Part shown: in pieces, positions 56,431-64,000 of the stretch
How the letters are laid out: the number at the start of each line of letters is the position of its first letter
Numbering within the stretch: position 1 is the first letter of the stretch
Assembly: GCF_023806565.1 (NCBI RefSeq)
Contig: NZ_JAMTDV010000114.1
Location: 6,057 to 70,056 of the forward strand
Direction: 5' to 3'
DNA from: Accumulibacter sp.
Lineage (GTDB): Bacteria > Pseudomonadota > Gammaproteobacteria > Burkholderiales > Rhodocyclaceae
DNA length: 64,000 nucleotides
Position numbers and translations under genes: made by a program
The notes under the pieces: generated by a model
Seen by the model: the letters and a program-made list of their open reading frames with translations, nothing else
What the model was told of the DNA's origin: nothing
The model's database searches: none

Positions 56431-58149
56431 ATGAAATCTTTCCTTACCTACCTGGAATCTGGTCTGCCGCTGATCGCGACCCTGAAGGAGTACCGGATGG
56501 CCTGGCTGAGCAAGGATGCCGTTGCCGGACTCTCGGCCTGTGTGGTGTCGATTCCATCGGTCATCGCCTACGCCGAGCTCGTCCGCCTGCCGGCGATTAC
56601 CGGTCTCTACGCGGCACTGGCAGCGGCCATCGGCTACGCGCTGTTTTCCAGCTCGCGGCACGTCATCGCTGGACCAGACGCCGCCATCGGTCTGCTCGCC
56701 GGTTCTGCCATCGTTCCCCTGGCAGCCGGCGAACCGTCGCGAATCGTCATGCTGGCTGCGGTGCTCGGCATCCTCTCGGGTGTGGTGCTGCTGCTCGCCG
56801 CGCGCCTGAAACTTGGCCTGATCGCCGATCTGCTGTCGCGCCCGGTGCTGATCGGCTATCTCAACGGTGCTTCGTTGGTGCTGATCTCGACCCAGTTGGG
56901 CAAGATGTTCCGCATCAAGACCGAAGGCGAGGAATTCTTCGAGCTGGTATATACCGTGGTCGAGCAATTGCCACAAACGCACCTGCCGACTTTCGTGTTC
57001 GGCCTGTTGCTGGTCGCTCTGCTGATTGCCCTGGCGCGCTGGTTGCCTCGCGTTCCCGGTGCGCTGGCGGTCTGTGGCGTGGCGATCGCCGTCACCTTCG
57101 TTTTTGACCTCGGCAGCCACGGCGTCGATCTGGTCGGCAAGGTACCTTCCGGCGTGCCACGACCGGTGATCCCCGAATTTCATTGGACCGACATTTCGGC
57201 GCTCGCTCCGGCGGCGGTCGCGATTGCCTTTCTCGCCTTTTCCGACGGCATCCTGCTGGCACAGACCTTTGCCGAAAAGAACGGCTACGAGGTGCGTCCG
57301 AACCGCGAACTGGTGGCGCTTGGATCGGCAAACATCCTGGCTGGTCTGTGGCAGGGTTTTCCCGTTTCGGCCAGCCAGTCGCGCACCTCGATCGTCGATT
57401 CGGCGGGCGGCAGGTCGCAGGTGGCGCAGTTGGTGGTGGCGGCCGGCTTGCTGCTCTTCCTGTTCTTCCTGACCGGCCTGGTCGCCTTGCTGCCGAAAGT
57501 CGCGCTCGGTGCGATCCTCATCGTCGCCGCCATCGGGATGCTGGAAGTGGCGTCGCTGTCGGCCCTGTACAAGATCGATCGGGTCGAGTTCGGCATTGCC
57601 ATGGGCGTGATGCTGGCGATCCTGGTCGCCGGTGTCGTTCCGGGAATCATCCTCGGCTTGCTGCTGTCGCTGATCTCGGTGCTCGTCGAAATTTCGCGTC
57701 CGGACGACGCGGTTCTACGCCGCCTGGTCAGCGACGGCAAGTTCCACCATTGCCTGGACGACGACGAATCGGAAACCGTTCCCGGCCTGCTCGTCTACCG
57801 GCTCTACGCACCGTTGATCTTTGCCAACGCACGGCACGTGATGACGCGCATCCGGACGCTGGTCGACCAGGCGGATCCTCCGGTCAAGTGGCTGGTGATC
57901 GACGCGCAGGCGATTCACGACATGGACGTCACCGCCGCGCAGCGCTTTGCCGAATTGCATCAGGAGCTGAGCGATGAGGGGATCGCGGTGAAGATCGCCG
58001 ATGCGCCGCGGCCATTCCTCGACGAGCTCGCGCGGGTTGGACTTTCCGAAGAGATCGGTCGGTCGGACTTTTTCATCTCGGTCAAGAAGGCGGCCGAAGC
58101 CTTCGAGCAGGCCCACGGCGCGCAGGCGCACAGTTCCGGCGGCGGATAG
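56431..58149 (+). CDS. SulP-family anion transporter with a C-terminal STAS domain
   Basis: Start ATG 56431 (AGGAG at 7 nt) or 56425. It has a multi-TM SLC26 core (AGLSACVVSIPSVIAYAEL) and a STAS tail (VYRLYAPLIFANA...WLVIDAQAIHDMDVTAA). Confidence 0.87.
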   Translation: MKSFLTYLESGLPLIATLKEYRMAWLSKDAVAGLSACVVSIPSVIAYAELVRLPAITGLYAALAAAIGYALFSSSRHVIAGPDAAIGLLAGSAIVPLAAGEPSRIVMLAAVLGILSGVVLLLAARLKLGLIADLLSRPVLIGYLNGASLVLISTQLGKMFRIKTEGEEFFELVYTVVEQLPQTHLPTFVFGLLLVALLIALARWLPRVPGALAVCGVAIAVTFVFDLGSHGVDLVGKVPSGVPRPVIPEFHWTDISALAPAAVAIAFLAFSDGILLAQTFAEKNGYEVRPNRELVALGSANILAGLWQGFPVSASQSRTSIVDSAGGRSQVAQLVVAAGLLLFLFFLTGLVALLPKVALGAILIVAAIGMLEVASLSALYKIDRVEFGIAMGVMLAILVAGVVPGIILGLLLSLISVLVEISRPDDAVLRRLVSDGKFHHCLDDDESETVPGLLVYRLYAPLIFANARHVMTRIRTLVDQADPPVKWLVIDAQAIHDMDVTAAQRFAELHQELSDEGIAVKIADAPRPFLDELARVGLSEEIGRSDFFISVKKAAEAFEQAHGAQAHSSGGG

Positions 58150-58219
58150 CAGCCGCTCTCGTAGCTCTCAGGTGTCGAGGGGCCGCGCGCTGTTGCCGCG
58201 CAGTCGCGGGTTGCCGGCG

Positions 58220-59293
58220 TCAGCCGGCGCGAGCGGGCAGCACCTCACGCAGTAGCTGGGCGGCATCGCGGATCATCCGTTCGGTGGTGTCCCAGTCGAT
58301 ACACGAGTCGGTGACCGAGCAACCGTACCTGAGCTGCGAGAGATCCTCGGGGATTGCCTGATTGCCGGCGACGATGTTCGACTCGATCATCATTCCGACC
58401 AGCGACTGGTTGCCGAGGCGCACCTGGTTGACCACGTCGGACATCACCAGCGGTTGCCATTCGTGCTTCTTGTAGCTGTTGGCGTGCGAGCAGTCGACCA
58501 CGATGTTGGCCGGCAGTCCTGCTTTCGCCAGCACCTGCTCGGCGATCTGCACGCTGACCGTGTCGTAATTCGGGCGGCCATCGCCGCCGCGCAGGACCAG
58601 GTGACCGTAGCGGTTGCCGCGCGTGCGGACGATGGCAGTATGTCCCTGGTCGTTGATGCCGAGAAAACTGTGCGGCCGTGAAGCCGAGAGGATGGCGTTG
58701 ACAGCGATGCCGACGTCGCCGTTGGTGCCGTTCTTGAAGCCGACCGGAGTGGACAGGCCGGATGACATCTCGCGGTGAGTCTGCGACTCGCTGGTGCGGG
58801 CGCCGATCGCCGTCCACGAAATCAAGTCGCCGAGATACTGAGGCGAGATCGGGTCGAGAGCTTCGGTGCCCGCGGGCAGTCCGAGTTCGGCGAGTTGCAG
58901 GAGGAACTCGCGAGCCTTGTGCATGCCCCGGTCGACGTGGAAGGAATCGTCCATGTCAGGGTCATTGATGTAGCCCTTCCAGCCAGTGGTCGTGCGTGGT
59001 TTTTCGAAATAGACGCGCATTACCAGATACAGAGTCTCGCTGACCTCTGCGGCGAGAGCTCGCAGGCGGTGCGCGTAATCGAGCCCCGCCACGGGGTCGT
59101 GGATCGAGCATGGGCCGACGACGACGAACAGACGGCGATCCTTGCGGTCGAGAATGTTGCGCAGGACCTCTCGGCTGCGCAGGATCATCCGCGCAGCGTT
59201 CGGCGAGAGCGGCAGCTGGGCGAGGATTTCCTCCGGCGAAGGCATCGGGTCGAAGGCGCTGACGTTGATGTTGTCGATGTCGAGGGTGGTCAT
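58220..59293 (-). CDS. aroG: 3-deoxy-7-phosphoheptulonate (DAHP) synthase, class I; the feedback isozyme cannot be assigned from sequence alone
   Basis: I moved the start to ATG 59293 (MTTLDIDNINV...). Class I motifs: VVVGPCSIHD, KPRTTTGWKG, DCSHANS. The start overlaps the mfd stop (ATGA). Confidence 0.9.
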   Translation of the reverse strand: MTTLDIDNINVSAFDPMPSPEEILAQLPLSPNAARMILRSREVLRNILDRKDRRLFVVVGPCSIHDPVAGLDYAHRLRALAAEVSETLYLVMRVYFEKPRTTTGWKGYINDPDMDDSFHVDRGMHKAREFLLQLAELGLPAGTEALDPISPQYLGDLISWTAIGARTSESQTHREMSSGLSTPVGFKNGTNGDVGIAVNAILSASRPHSFLGINDQGHTAIVRTRGNRYGHLVLRGGDGRPNYDTVSVQIAEQVLAKAGLPANIVVDCSHANSYKKHEWQPLVMSDVVNQVRLGNQSLVGMMIESNIVAGNQAIPEDLSQLRYGCSVTDSCIDWDTTERMIRDAAQLLREVLPARAG

Positions 59294-62200
59294 GGTCGTG
59301 ATTGACGGCTCAGTTGATGAATGATGTCCTTGACCGCGGCAACACGGTCGGCGGGCGTCGTGCAATGGCGTTTGAGGACCAGCTTGTCGTTTCCGGTGAG
59401 GCGGTAGTTGCGGTCCCGTTGAATCAGCTCGATGATCCGTAGTGGATCGATCGGCGGATTGGGCTCGAATTGAACGACGATCTGCTCAGTGCCGGCGTCC
59501 AGCTTGCTGATGCCGAAGGGCTTGCAGAGCAGTCGCAGGCGGTGGCTGTCGAGCAGTGCACGCGCCTGTGGCGGCAGATCGCCAAAGCGATCGATCAGTT
59601 CTTCCTGCAGATCGGCGAGGCCTTCGACATCGGCGCAGTCGGCCAGCCGCTTGTACAGCGTCAACCTCTCGTGGACGTCAGGGGCGTAGTCGTCGGGAAG
59701 CAGCGCCGGGGTATGCAGCTTGATCTCGGTGGCAATCGCCAGCGGCTGCAGTAATTCCGGTTCCTTGCCCTGTTTGAGCGCCGAGACGGCACGGTCGAGC
59801 ATCTGGGCATACAGGTGGAAGCCGACTTCCTGCATCTCTCCGGACTGATTGGCGCCCAGCACTTCGCCGGCCCCGCGAATTTCGAGATCGTGCATGGCCA
59901 GATAAAAACCGGCGCCGAGTTCGTCCATCATCTGAATCGCTTCCAGCCGCTGTCGCGCCTGCTTGTTCAACACTGCCTCGTCATGCGTCAGCAGGTAGGC
60001 GTACGCCTGGTGGTGCGATCGTCCGACCCGGCCACGCAACTGATGCAACTGCGCCAGGCCGAATTTTTCGGCACGATTGATCACGATCGTATTGGCGTGC
60101 GGGTTGTCGATACCGGTCTCGATGATCGTCGTGCACAGCAGCAGGTTGGCTCGCTGCTGTGTGAAGTCGCGCATCACGCGTTCGAGCTCACGTTCCTTCA
60201 TCTGGCCGTGGCCGACGACGATGCGCGCTTCCGGCAACAGTTTGCCGAGCCTGGCGCGCATGTTCTCGATGGTGTCGACCTCGTTGTGCAGAAAATAGAC
60301 CTGGCCGCCGCGCTTGAACTCGCGCAACAGAGCTTCCCGGATGATGCCGTCAGAGAAGCGGCTGACGAAGGTCTTGATCGCCAGACGCTTCTGTGGCGCG
60401 GTGGCGATCACGGAAAAGTCGCGCAGGCCCTCGATCGACATGGCCAGCGTGCGCGGGATCGGTGTCGCGGTCAGCGTCAGCACGTCGACCTCGGCGCGCA
60501 GCGCTTTCAATGCCTCCTTCTGGCGAACGCCGAAACGGTGTTCCTCGTCGATCACCACCAGCCCGAGACGGTTGAAACGCACGTCCTTCTGCAGCAGCCG
60601 GTGGGTTCCGATGACGATGTCGAGCCTGCCATCGGCCAGTTCGGCGAGCGCCTGCGCGGCTTCCCTGGCGGTCCTGAAGCGGGACAACTCGGCGATTCTG
60701 ACCGGCCACTCGGCGAAGCGGTCGCTGAAGGTCTGGAAATGTTGCTCGCAAAGCAGCGTGGTGGGCGACAGCACGGCCACTTGACGGCCGCCGGCTACCG
60801 CACAGAAAGCGGCACGCAGCGCGACCTCGGTCTTGCCGAAGCCGACGTCGCCACAGACCAGACGGTCCATCGGACGGCCGGACTGCATGTCGGCGATCAC
60901 TGCGGCGATCGCTGCGGTCTGATCCTGCGTCTCTTCAAAGCCGAATCCGTCCGCAAAGGCAGCGTAGTCGTGGGCACCAAACTCGCAGGCGTGTCCTTGC
61001 CGTGCCGCCCGCAGGGCGTAGAGCGCGAGCAGTTCCGCGGCCGTGTCACGTGCCTGCACGGCCGCCCGTCGCTTGGCCTTATCCCACTGCGGTGAGCCGA
61101 GGGTGTGCAATGGGGCCTGGTCGGGATCGGATGCCGAGTATCGCTGAATGACATGTAGCTGCGATACGGGAACGTAGAGCTTGGCCTCATTGGCGTAGTG
61201 CAGTTCGAGGAACTCCATCTCGCCTTCACCGAGATTGAGATGAATCAGTCCTCGATAGCGTCCGATGCCGTGTTGCTCGTGCACCACCGGCGAACCCGGT
61301 TTGAGTTCGGTGAGGTCGCGCAGCCAGTTGTCGACCGAAAGCTTGCGTTGCGGCGGCTGCCGGCTGCGCTGTGAAGGGCTGTCGGCGAAGAGTTCCGCCT
61401 CGCTGACCAGCGCCAGGTGATCGAGCCGGAAGCCGTAGTGCAGCGGCGACACGGCCAGTGCAAGAGGGCCGTTGCTGGCCGTGAAGTCGGCAAAGCTGGC
61501 ACACACCTGTGGCTTGAGTCCGTACTCGGCCAACAACTCCAACATGGTTTCACGGCGGCCGGCCGTTTCGGCGAGCAGCAATACACGGCCGGGAAAGGCG
61601 TCGAGGAATGCCTTGAGACGCCGCAGCGGGTCGTCTGCACGCCGCTCGATCGCCAGCGCTGGCAAACCCTGCGCCGGATTGCCGGGAGTCAGGCTTAGCC
61701 GCGTATACGCCTTGGCCGCGACGAAGAACGCTTCTTCGCTGAGAAACAGCTCGGCCGGCGGCAGCAGCGGACGGCAGCGCTCGCCGGCGAGCATGGTGTA
61801 GCGCGACTGCGCTTCGCGCCAGAAGTCGCGAATGGCGTCGCCCACCTTGCCATGCAGGAAGAGTGCCGTCGTTCCCGGCAGGTAGTCGAACAGTGTCGCG
61901 GTCTGCTCGAAGAACAGCGGCAACCAGTATTCGATACCGGCCGACGGCACCCCGTTGGAAACGTCGCGGTAGATTCCCGAGCGACCCGGGTCGCCTTCGA
62001 AGCGTTCGCGAAAGCGCTGGCGAAAGCGCGTGCGACCGTGCTCGTCGAGCGGAAACTCGCGCGCCGGCAGCAGCCGGATTTCGGGCACCGGGTAGAGTGT
62101 TCGCTGGCTGTCGACGTCGAAAGTCTTGATGCTCTCGATTTCGTTGTCGAAGAGATCGAACCGGTAAGGCAGTTGCGCGCCCATTGGATAGAGGTCGACG

Positions 62201-62721
62201 AGACCTCCGCGAATCGAGTACTCCCCCGGTGCCACGACCTTGGTCACGTGCGCATAGCCGGCGAGCTTCAACTGGGCGCGCAACTGCGCCGCGTCGAGCT
62301 TGTCGCGCGGTTTGAAGAAGAAGGTGTAGGCGGCCAGATAGGCCGGCGGTGCGAGACGATAGACAGCGGTACCGGCAGGTACCAGCAGCACGTCACATTC
62401 GCCACGCGTCACCGCGTAGAGTGTCGCCAGTCGTTCGGAGATCAGATCGTGGTGCGGCGAAAAGCTGTCGTAGGGGAGCGTTTCCCAGTCGGGCAGCAGG
62501 CGTACCCGCAGGCGGGGGACGAACCAGGGAATTTCCTGGAGCAGACGGTGGGCGTCGCCAGCGCTCGCAGTGAGTACTACCAGGATCCGCCGTCTGGCGC
62601 CGGCAACCGCATCCGACGCTGCGCGGGCGATCAGGAGAGCGTCGGCTGAACCCGCGAACGAAGGGAACTCGAGCCTTTCGCCGGCTTCGGGCATTGGCGA
62701 CCAGGGAAGCGATAATGACAA
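59290..62721 (-). CDS. mfd: Transcription-repair coupling factor Mfd
   Basis: 1143 aa. It has a UvrB-homology N-terminus, an RNAP-interaction domain (VVHEQHGIGRY), and an SF2 translocase (GDVGFGKTEVALRAAF, DEEHRFGV, TATPIPRT). Confidence 0.95.
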   Translation of the reverse strand: MSLSLPWSPMPEAGERLEFPSFAGSADALLIARAASDAVAGARRRILVVLTASAGDAHRLLQEIPWFVPRLRVRLLPDWETLPYDSFSPHHDLISERLATLYAVTRGECDVLLVPAGTAVYRLAPPAYLAAYTFFFKPRDKLDAAQLRAQLKLAGYAHVTKVVAPGEYSIRGGLVDLYPMGAQLPYRFDLFDNEIESIKTFDVDSQRTLYPVPEIRLLPAREFPLDEHGRTRFRQRFRERFEGDPGRSGIYRDVSNGVPSAGIEYWLPLFFEQTATLFDYLPGTTALFLHGKVGDAIRDFWREAQSRYTMLAGERCRPLLPPAELFLSEEAFFVAAKAYTRLSLTPGNPAQGLPALAIERRADDPLRRLKAFLDAFPGRVLLLAETAGRRETMLELLAEYGLKPQVCASFADFTASNGPLALAVSPLHYGFRLDHLALVSEAELFADSPSQRSRQPPQRKLSVDNWLRDLTELKPGSPVVHEQHGIGRYRGLIHLNLGEGEMEFLELHYANEAKLYVPVSQLHVIQRYSASDPDQAPLHTLGSPQWDKAKRRAAVQARDTAAELLALYALRAARQGHACEFGAHDYAAFADGFGFEETQDQTAAIAAVIADMQSGRPMDRLVCGDVGFGKTEVALRAAFCAVAGGRQVAVLSPTTLLCEQHFQTFSDRFAEWPVRIAELSRFRTAREAAQALAELADGRLDIVIGTHRLLQKDVRFNRLGLVVIDEEHRFGVRQKEALKALRAEVDVLTLTATPIPRTLAMSIEGLRDFSVIATAPQKRLAIKTFVSRFSDGIIREALLREFKRGGQVYFLHNEVDTIENMRARLGKLLPEARIVVGHGQMKERELERVMRDFTQQRANLLLCTTIIETGIDNPHANTIVINRAEKFGLAQLHQLRGRVGRSHHQAYAYLLTHDEAVLNKQARQRLEAIQMMDELGAGFYLAMHDLEIRGAGEVLGANQSGEMQEVGFHLYAQMLDRAVSALKQGKEPELLQPLAIATEIKLHTPALLPDDYAPDVHERLTLYKRLADCADVEGLADLQEELIDRFGDLPPQARALLDSHRLRLLCKPFGISKLDAGTEQIVVQFEPNPPIDPLRIIELIQRDRNYRLTGNDKLVLKRHCTTPADRVAAVKDIIHQLSRQSRP

Positions 62722-62880
62722 GGAATGCGACTCGCGACTCGATGGCTGCAGTGGACGGGCCTAGCCTTGCCGGTCGAGGCAAGGCAGCGAAAGGGCGGCA
62801 TTATAGCCGATCGGCTCGCGGCCACGGCGCCCTTGGCTGCCTTGATCGTGATCCGGCAACGAGCTCCCGGGAACATCGCC

Positions 62881-63636
62881 TCAGCGGCCAACGGCCTCGA
62901 GGTTGGCGCACAGCGCAGCAAAAAATGGGGAAGCGCCGCTACGAATCGCGTAATCGGCAGCTTCCGAAAGTGGAGTCGGGTGTGGGTTGACCTCGATCAC
63001 CACGGCGCCCGCCCGTTTCGCCCACAACGGCAGGCGGGCGGCAGGCTGCACGGTGAACGAGGTGCCGACCGCGAAGAAGACATCGGCGGTCAGGCTGCGC
63101 AGTTGGGCATTGGCGAAGACCTCCTCATCGAGTGCCTCGCCGAACATGACCAGATCGGGCCGGACCGGTGCGCCGCACGCCGGGCACGCGTAAGGGTCGA
63201 GGGAACTTTCGTCCCAGCCGGCAACGAAGCCGCAATGTCGGTGGCAACGTACGCGATGGATCGTGCCATGCACTTCGAGCACATTCTCGTTCCCGGCGCG
63301 CGCATGGTAACCGTCGATGTTCTGGGTAATGACCGTCACCTGCTTGGCCACGCAGAGTTCCTCGAGACGGGCGATCGCGTAGTGGCCGGCGTTCGGACGC
63401 CGATCGTCGATCAGATTGCGCAGTCCCAGCAGCCAGCTCCAGGCGCGCTGCGGGTTGCGCAGGAACCCTTCGATGCTGGCGACCTCGTCCGGATCGACGT
63501 TGTTCCACAAGCCCGTCGCCCCATCGCGAAAGGTGGGAATTCCGCTATCGGCGGAAAGTCCGGCTCCGGAAAATATGACGACTTCGCTCGCCGCACGCAC
63601 GATTTCGGCGATCGATTCCAGTTTCATTGATTGCAT
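62881..63636 (-). CDS. cobB: NAD-dependent protein deacylase (Sir2/CobB family)
   Basis: I moved the start to ATG 63636, preceded by AGGAG. Motifs: FSGAGLSADSGIPTFRD, TQNIDGYH, EVHG, and the Zn ribbon CHRHC...CPAC. Confidence 0.88.
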   Translation of the reverse strand: MQSMKLESIAEIVRAASEVVIFSGAGLSADSGIPTFRDGATGLWNNVDPDEVASIEGFLRNPQRAWSWLLGLRNLIDDRRPNAGHYAIARLEELCVAKQVTVITQNIDGYHARAGNENVLEVHGTIHRVRCHRHCGFVAGWDESSLDPYACPACGAPVRPDLVMFGEALDEEVFANAQLRSLTADVFFAVGTSFTVQPAARLPLWAKRAGAVVIEVNPHPTPLSEAADYAIRSGASPFFAALCANLEAVGR

Positions 63637-63988
63637 GACGGGCTCCTTTCGCGCAGGACGCGGCGGATGCTCACCGCCGTCGCTGCGGCGCAGGCGGGCC
63701 CCGGCCGAAGCAATTGTCGCACGTCTGCTGGCGAGAAGCCGCTGGCAATGCAGTACCGCCCCACGCACAGGATTGCGCCGCCTGCATTCGCCGATGGGCA
63801 GTCACGTCGGCGGTCGCGCTGCATGCCTGCGCGGTCGCCGTCCGGCCGGTGCCGGGGCATATTCGTTGTATAATTGCCACACAATGCCAGGCTGCTGCTT
63901 GAAGCAAATCAAGTTTGTATGCTTAAATGCCCCGACTGCGCAAAAATCGCATCGCGTTACACGCATTCGGACCCAACAGAGATTAATC

Positions 63989-63995
63989 GAGGAGG
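63989..63995 (+). promoter_or_regulatory. Shine-Dalgarno sequence for a plus-strand gene that starts just beyond the window end
   Basis: GAGGAGG lies 5 nt from the last base of the window. A possible sigma70 promoter, TTGAAG-18-TTAAAT, lies at 63899-63928 in an AT-rich stretch. Confidence 0.35.
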
Positions 63996-64000
63996 AATAT

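Noticed and set aside
62764-62785. The hairpin GCCTTGCC-GGTCGA-GGCAAGGC between cobB and mfd as a terminator.
   Set aside because: It has no U-tract on either strand, and it lies only about 40 nt upstream of the mfd start. It may be structural or regulatory, but it cannot be called a terminator from sequence alone.
1-64000. CRISPR arrays, IS elements, REP-type dispersed repeats, rRNA genes, and toxin-antitoxin or defence-system gene pairs.
   Set aside because: Reading both strands, I noticed no regularly spaced repeats, no transposase or integrase-like translations, and no short paired ORFs typical of TA or defence modules. A manual scan cannot exclude short dispersed repeats.

Overview
This is a GC-rich proteobacterial chromosomal segment (GC judged by eye, not computed). 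Gene content and synteny look betaproteobacterial, possibly Rhodocyclales-like; that placement is inference only.

I support about 45 protein genes and one tRNA-Val(CAC). I saw no rRNA, CRISPR array, transposase, integrase or phage genes. Most of the window is ordinary core metabolism and housekeeping.

Gene blocks, in order:
- **Propionate/methylmalonyl-CoA operon:** a divergent GntR regulator, then methylmalonyl-CoA mutase, meaB, pccB and pccA.
- **Anbu operon (minus strand):** circularly permuted ATP-grasp, alpha-E protein and Anbu proteasome-like peptidase.
- **glnD:** preceded by an orphan small ORF.
- **Large transglutaminase operon (plus strand):** a 1125-aa transglutaminase/DUF2126 protein, an ATP-grasp/alpha-E fusion, and a small transglutaminase.
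- **Envelope, protease and nitrogen genes:** an MscS-like channel with a PilJ/NarX-like periplasmic protein, tldD, a C-N hydrolase, a yhdP-like giant envelope protein, and glnE.
- **Stringent-response/polyphosphate genes:** mtfA, relA, ppk1, ppx, and further downstream a CYTH-CHAD protein.
- **Remaining genes:** a 4-gene Mla/MCE-type ABC system, an acyl-CoA synthetase, an enoyl-CoA hydratase, two PEP-CTERM proteins, EcsC plus a methyltransferase, an RCK K+ channel, a SulP transporter, a DAHP synthase overlapping mfd, and a Sir2 deacylase.

The most interesting observation is that two paralogous amidoligase/transglutaminase/peptidase-type operons flank the nitrogen sensor gene glnD. Their function is still unknown. 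Each is preceded by a good sigma54 (-24/-12) promoter motif. The Anbu operon also has a near-consensus NtrC-type enhancer about 115 bp upstream of its predicted transcription start. This suggests a nitrogen-starvation-controlled protein modification or degradation module.

I did not find a clearly novel, undescribed gene system beyond this. The remaining findings are modest.
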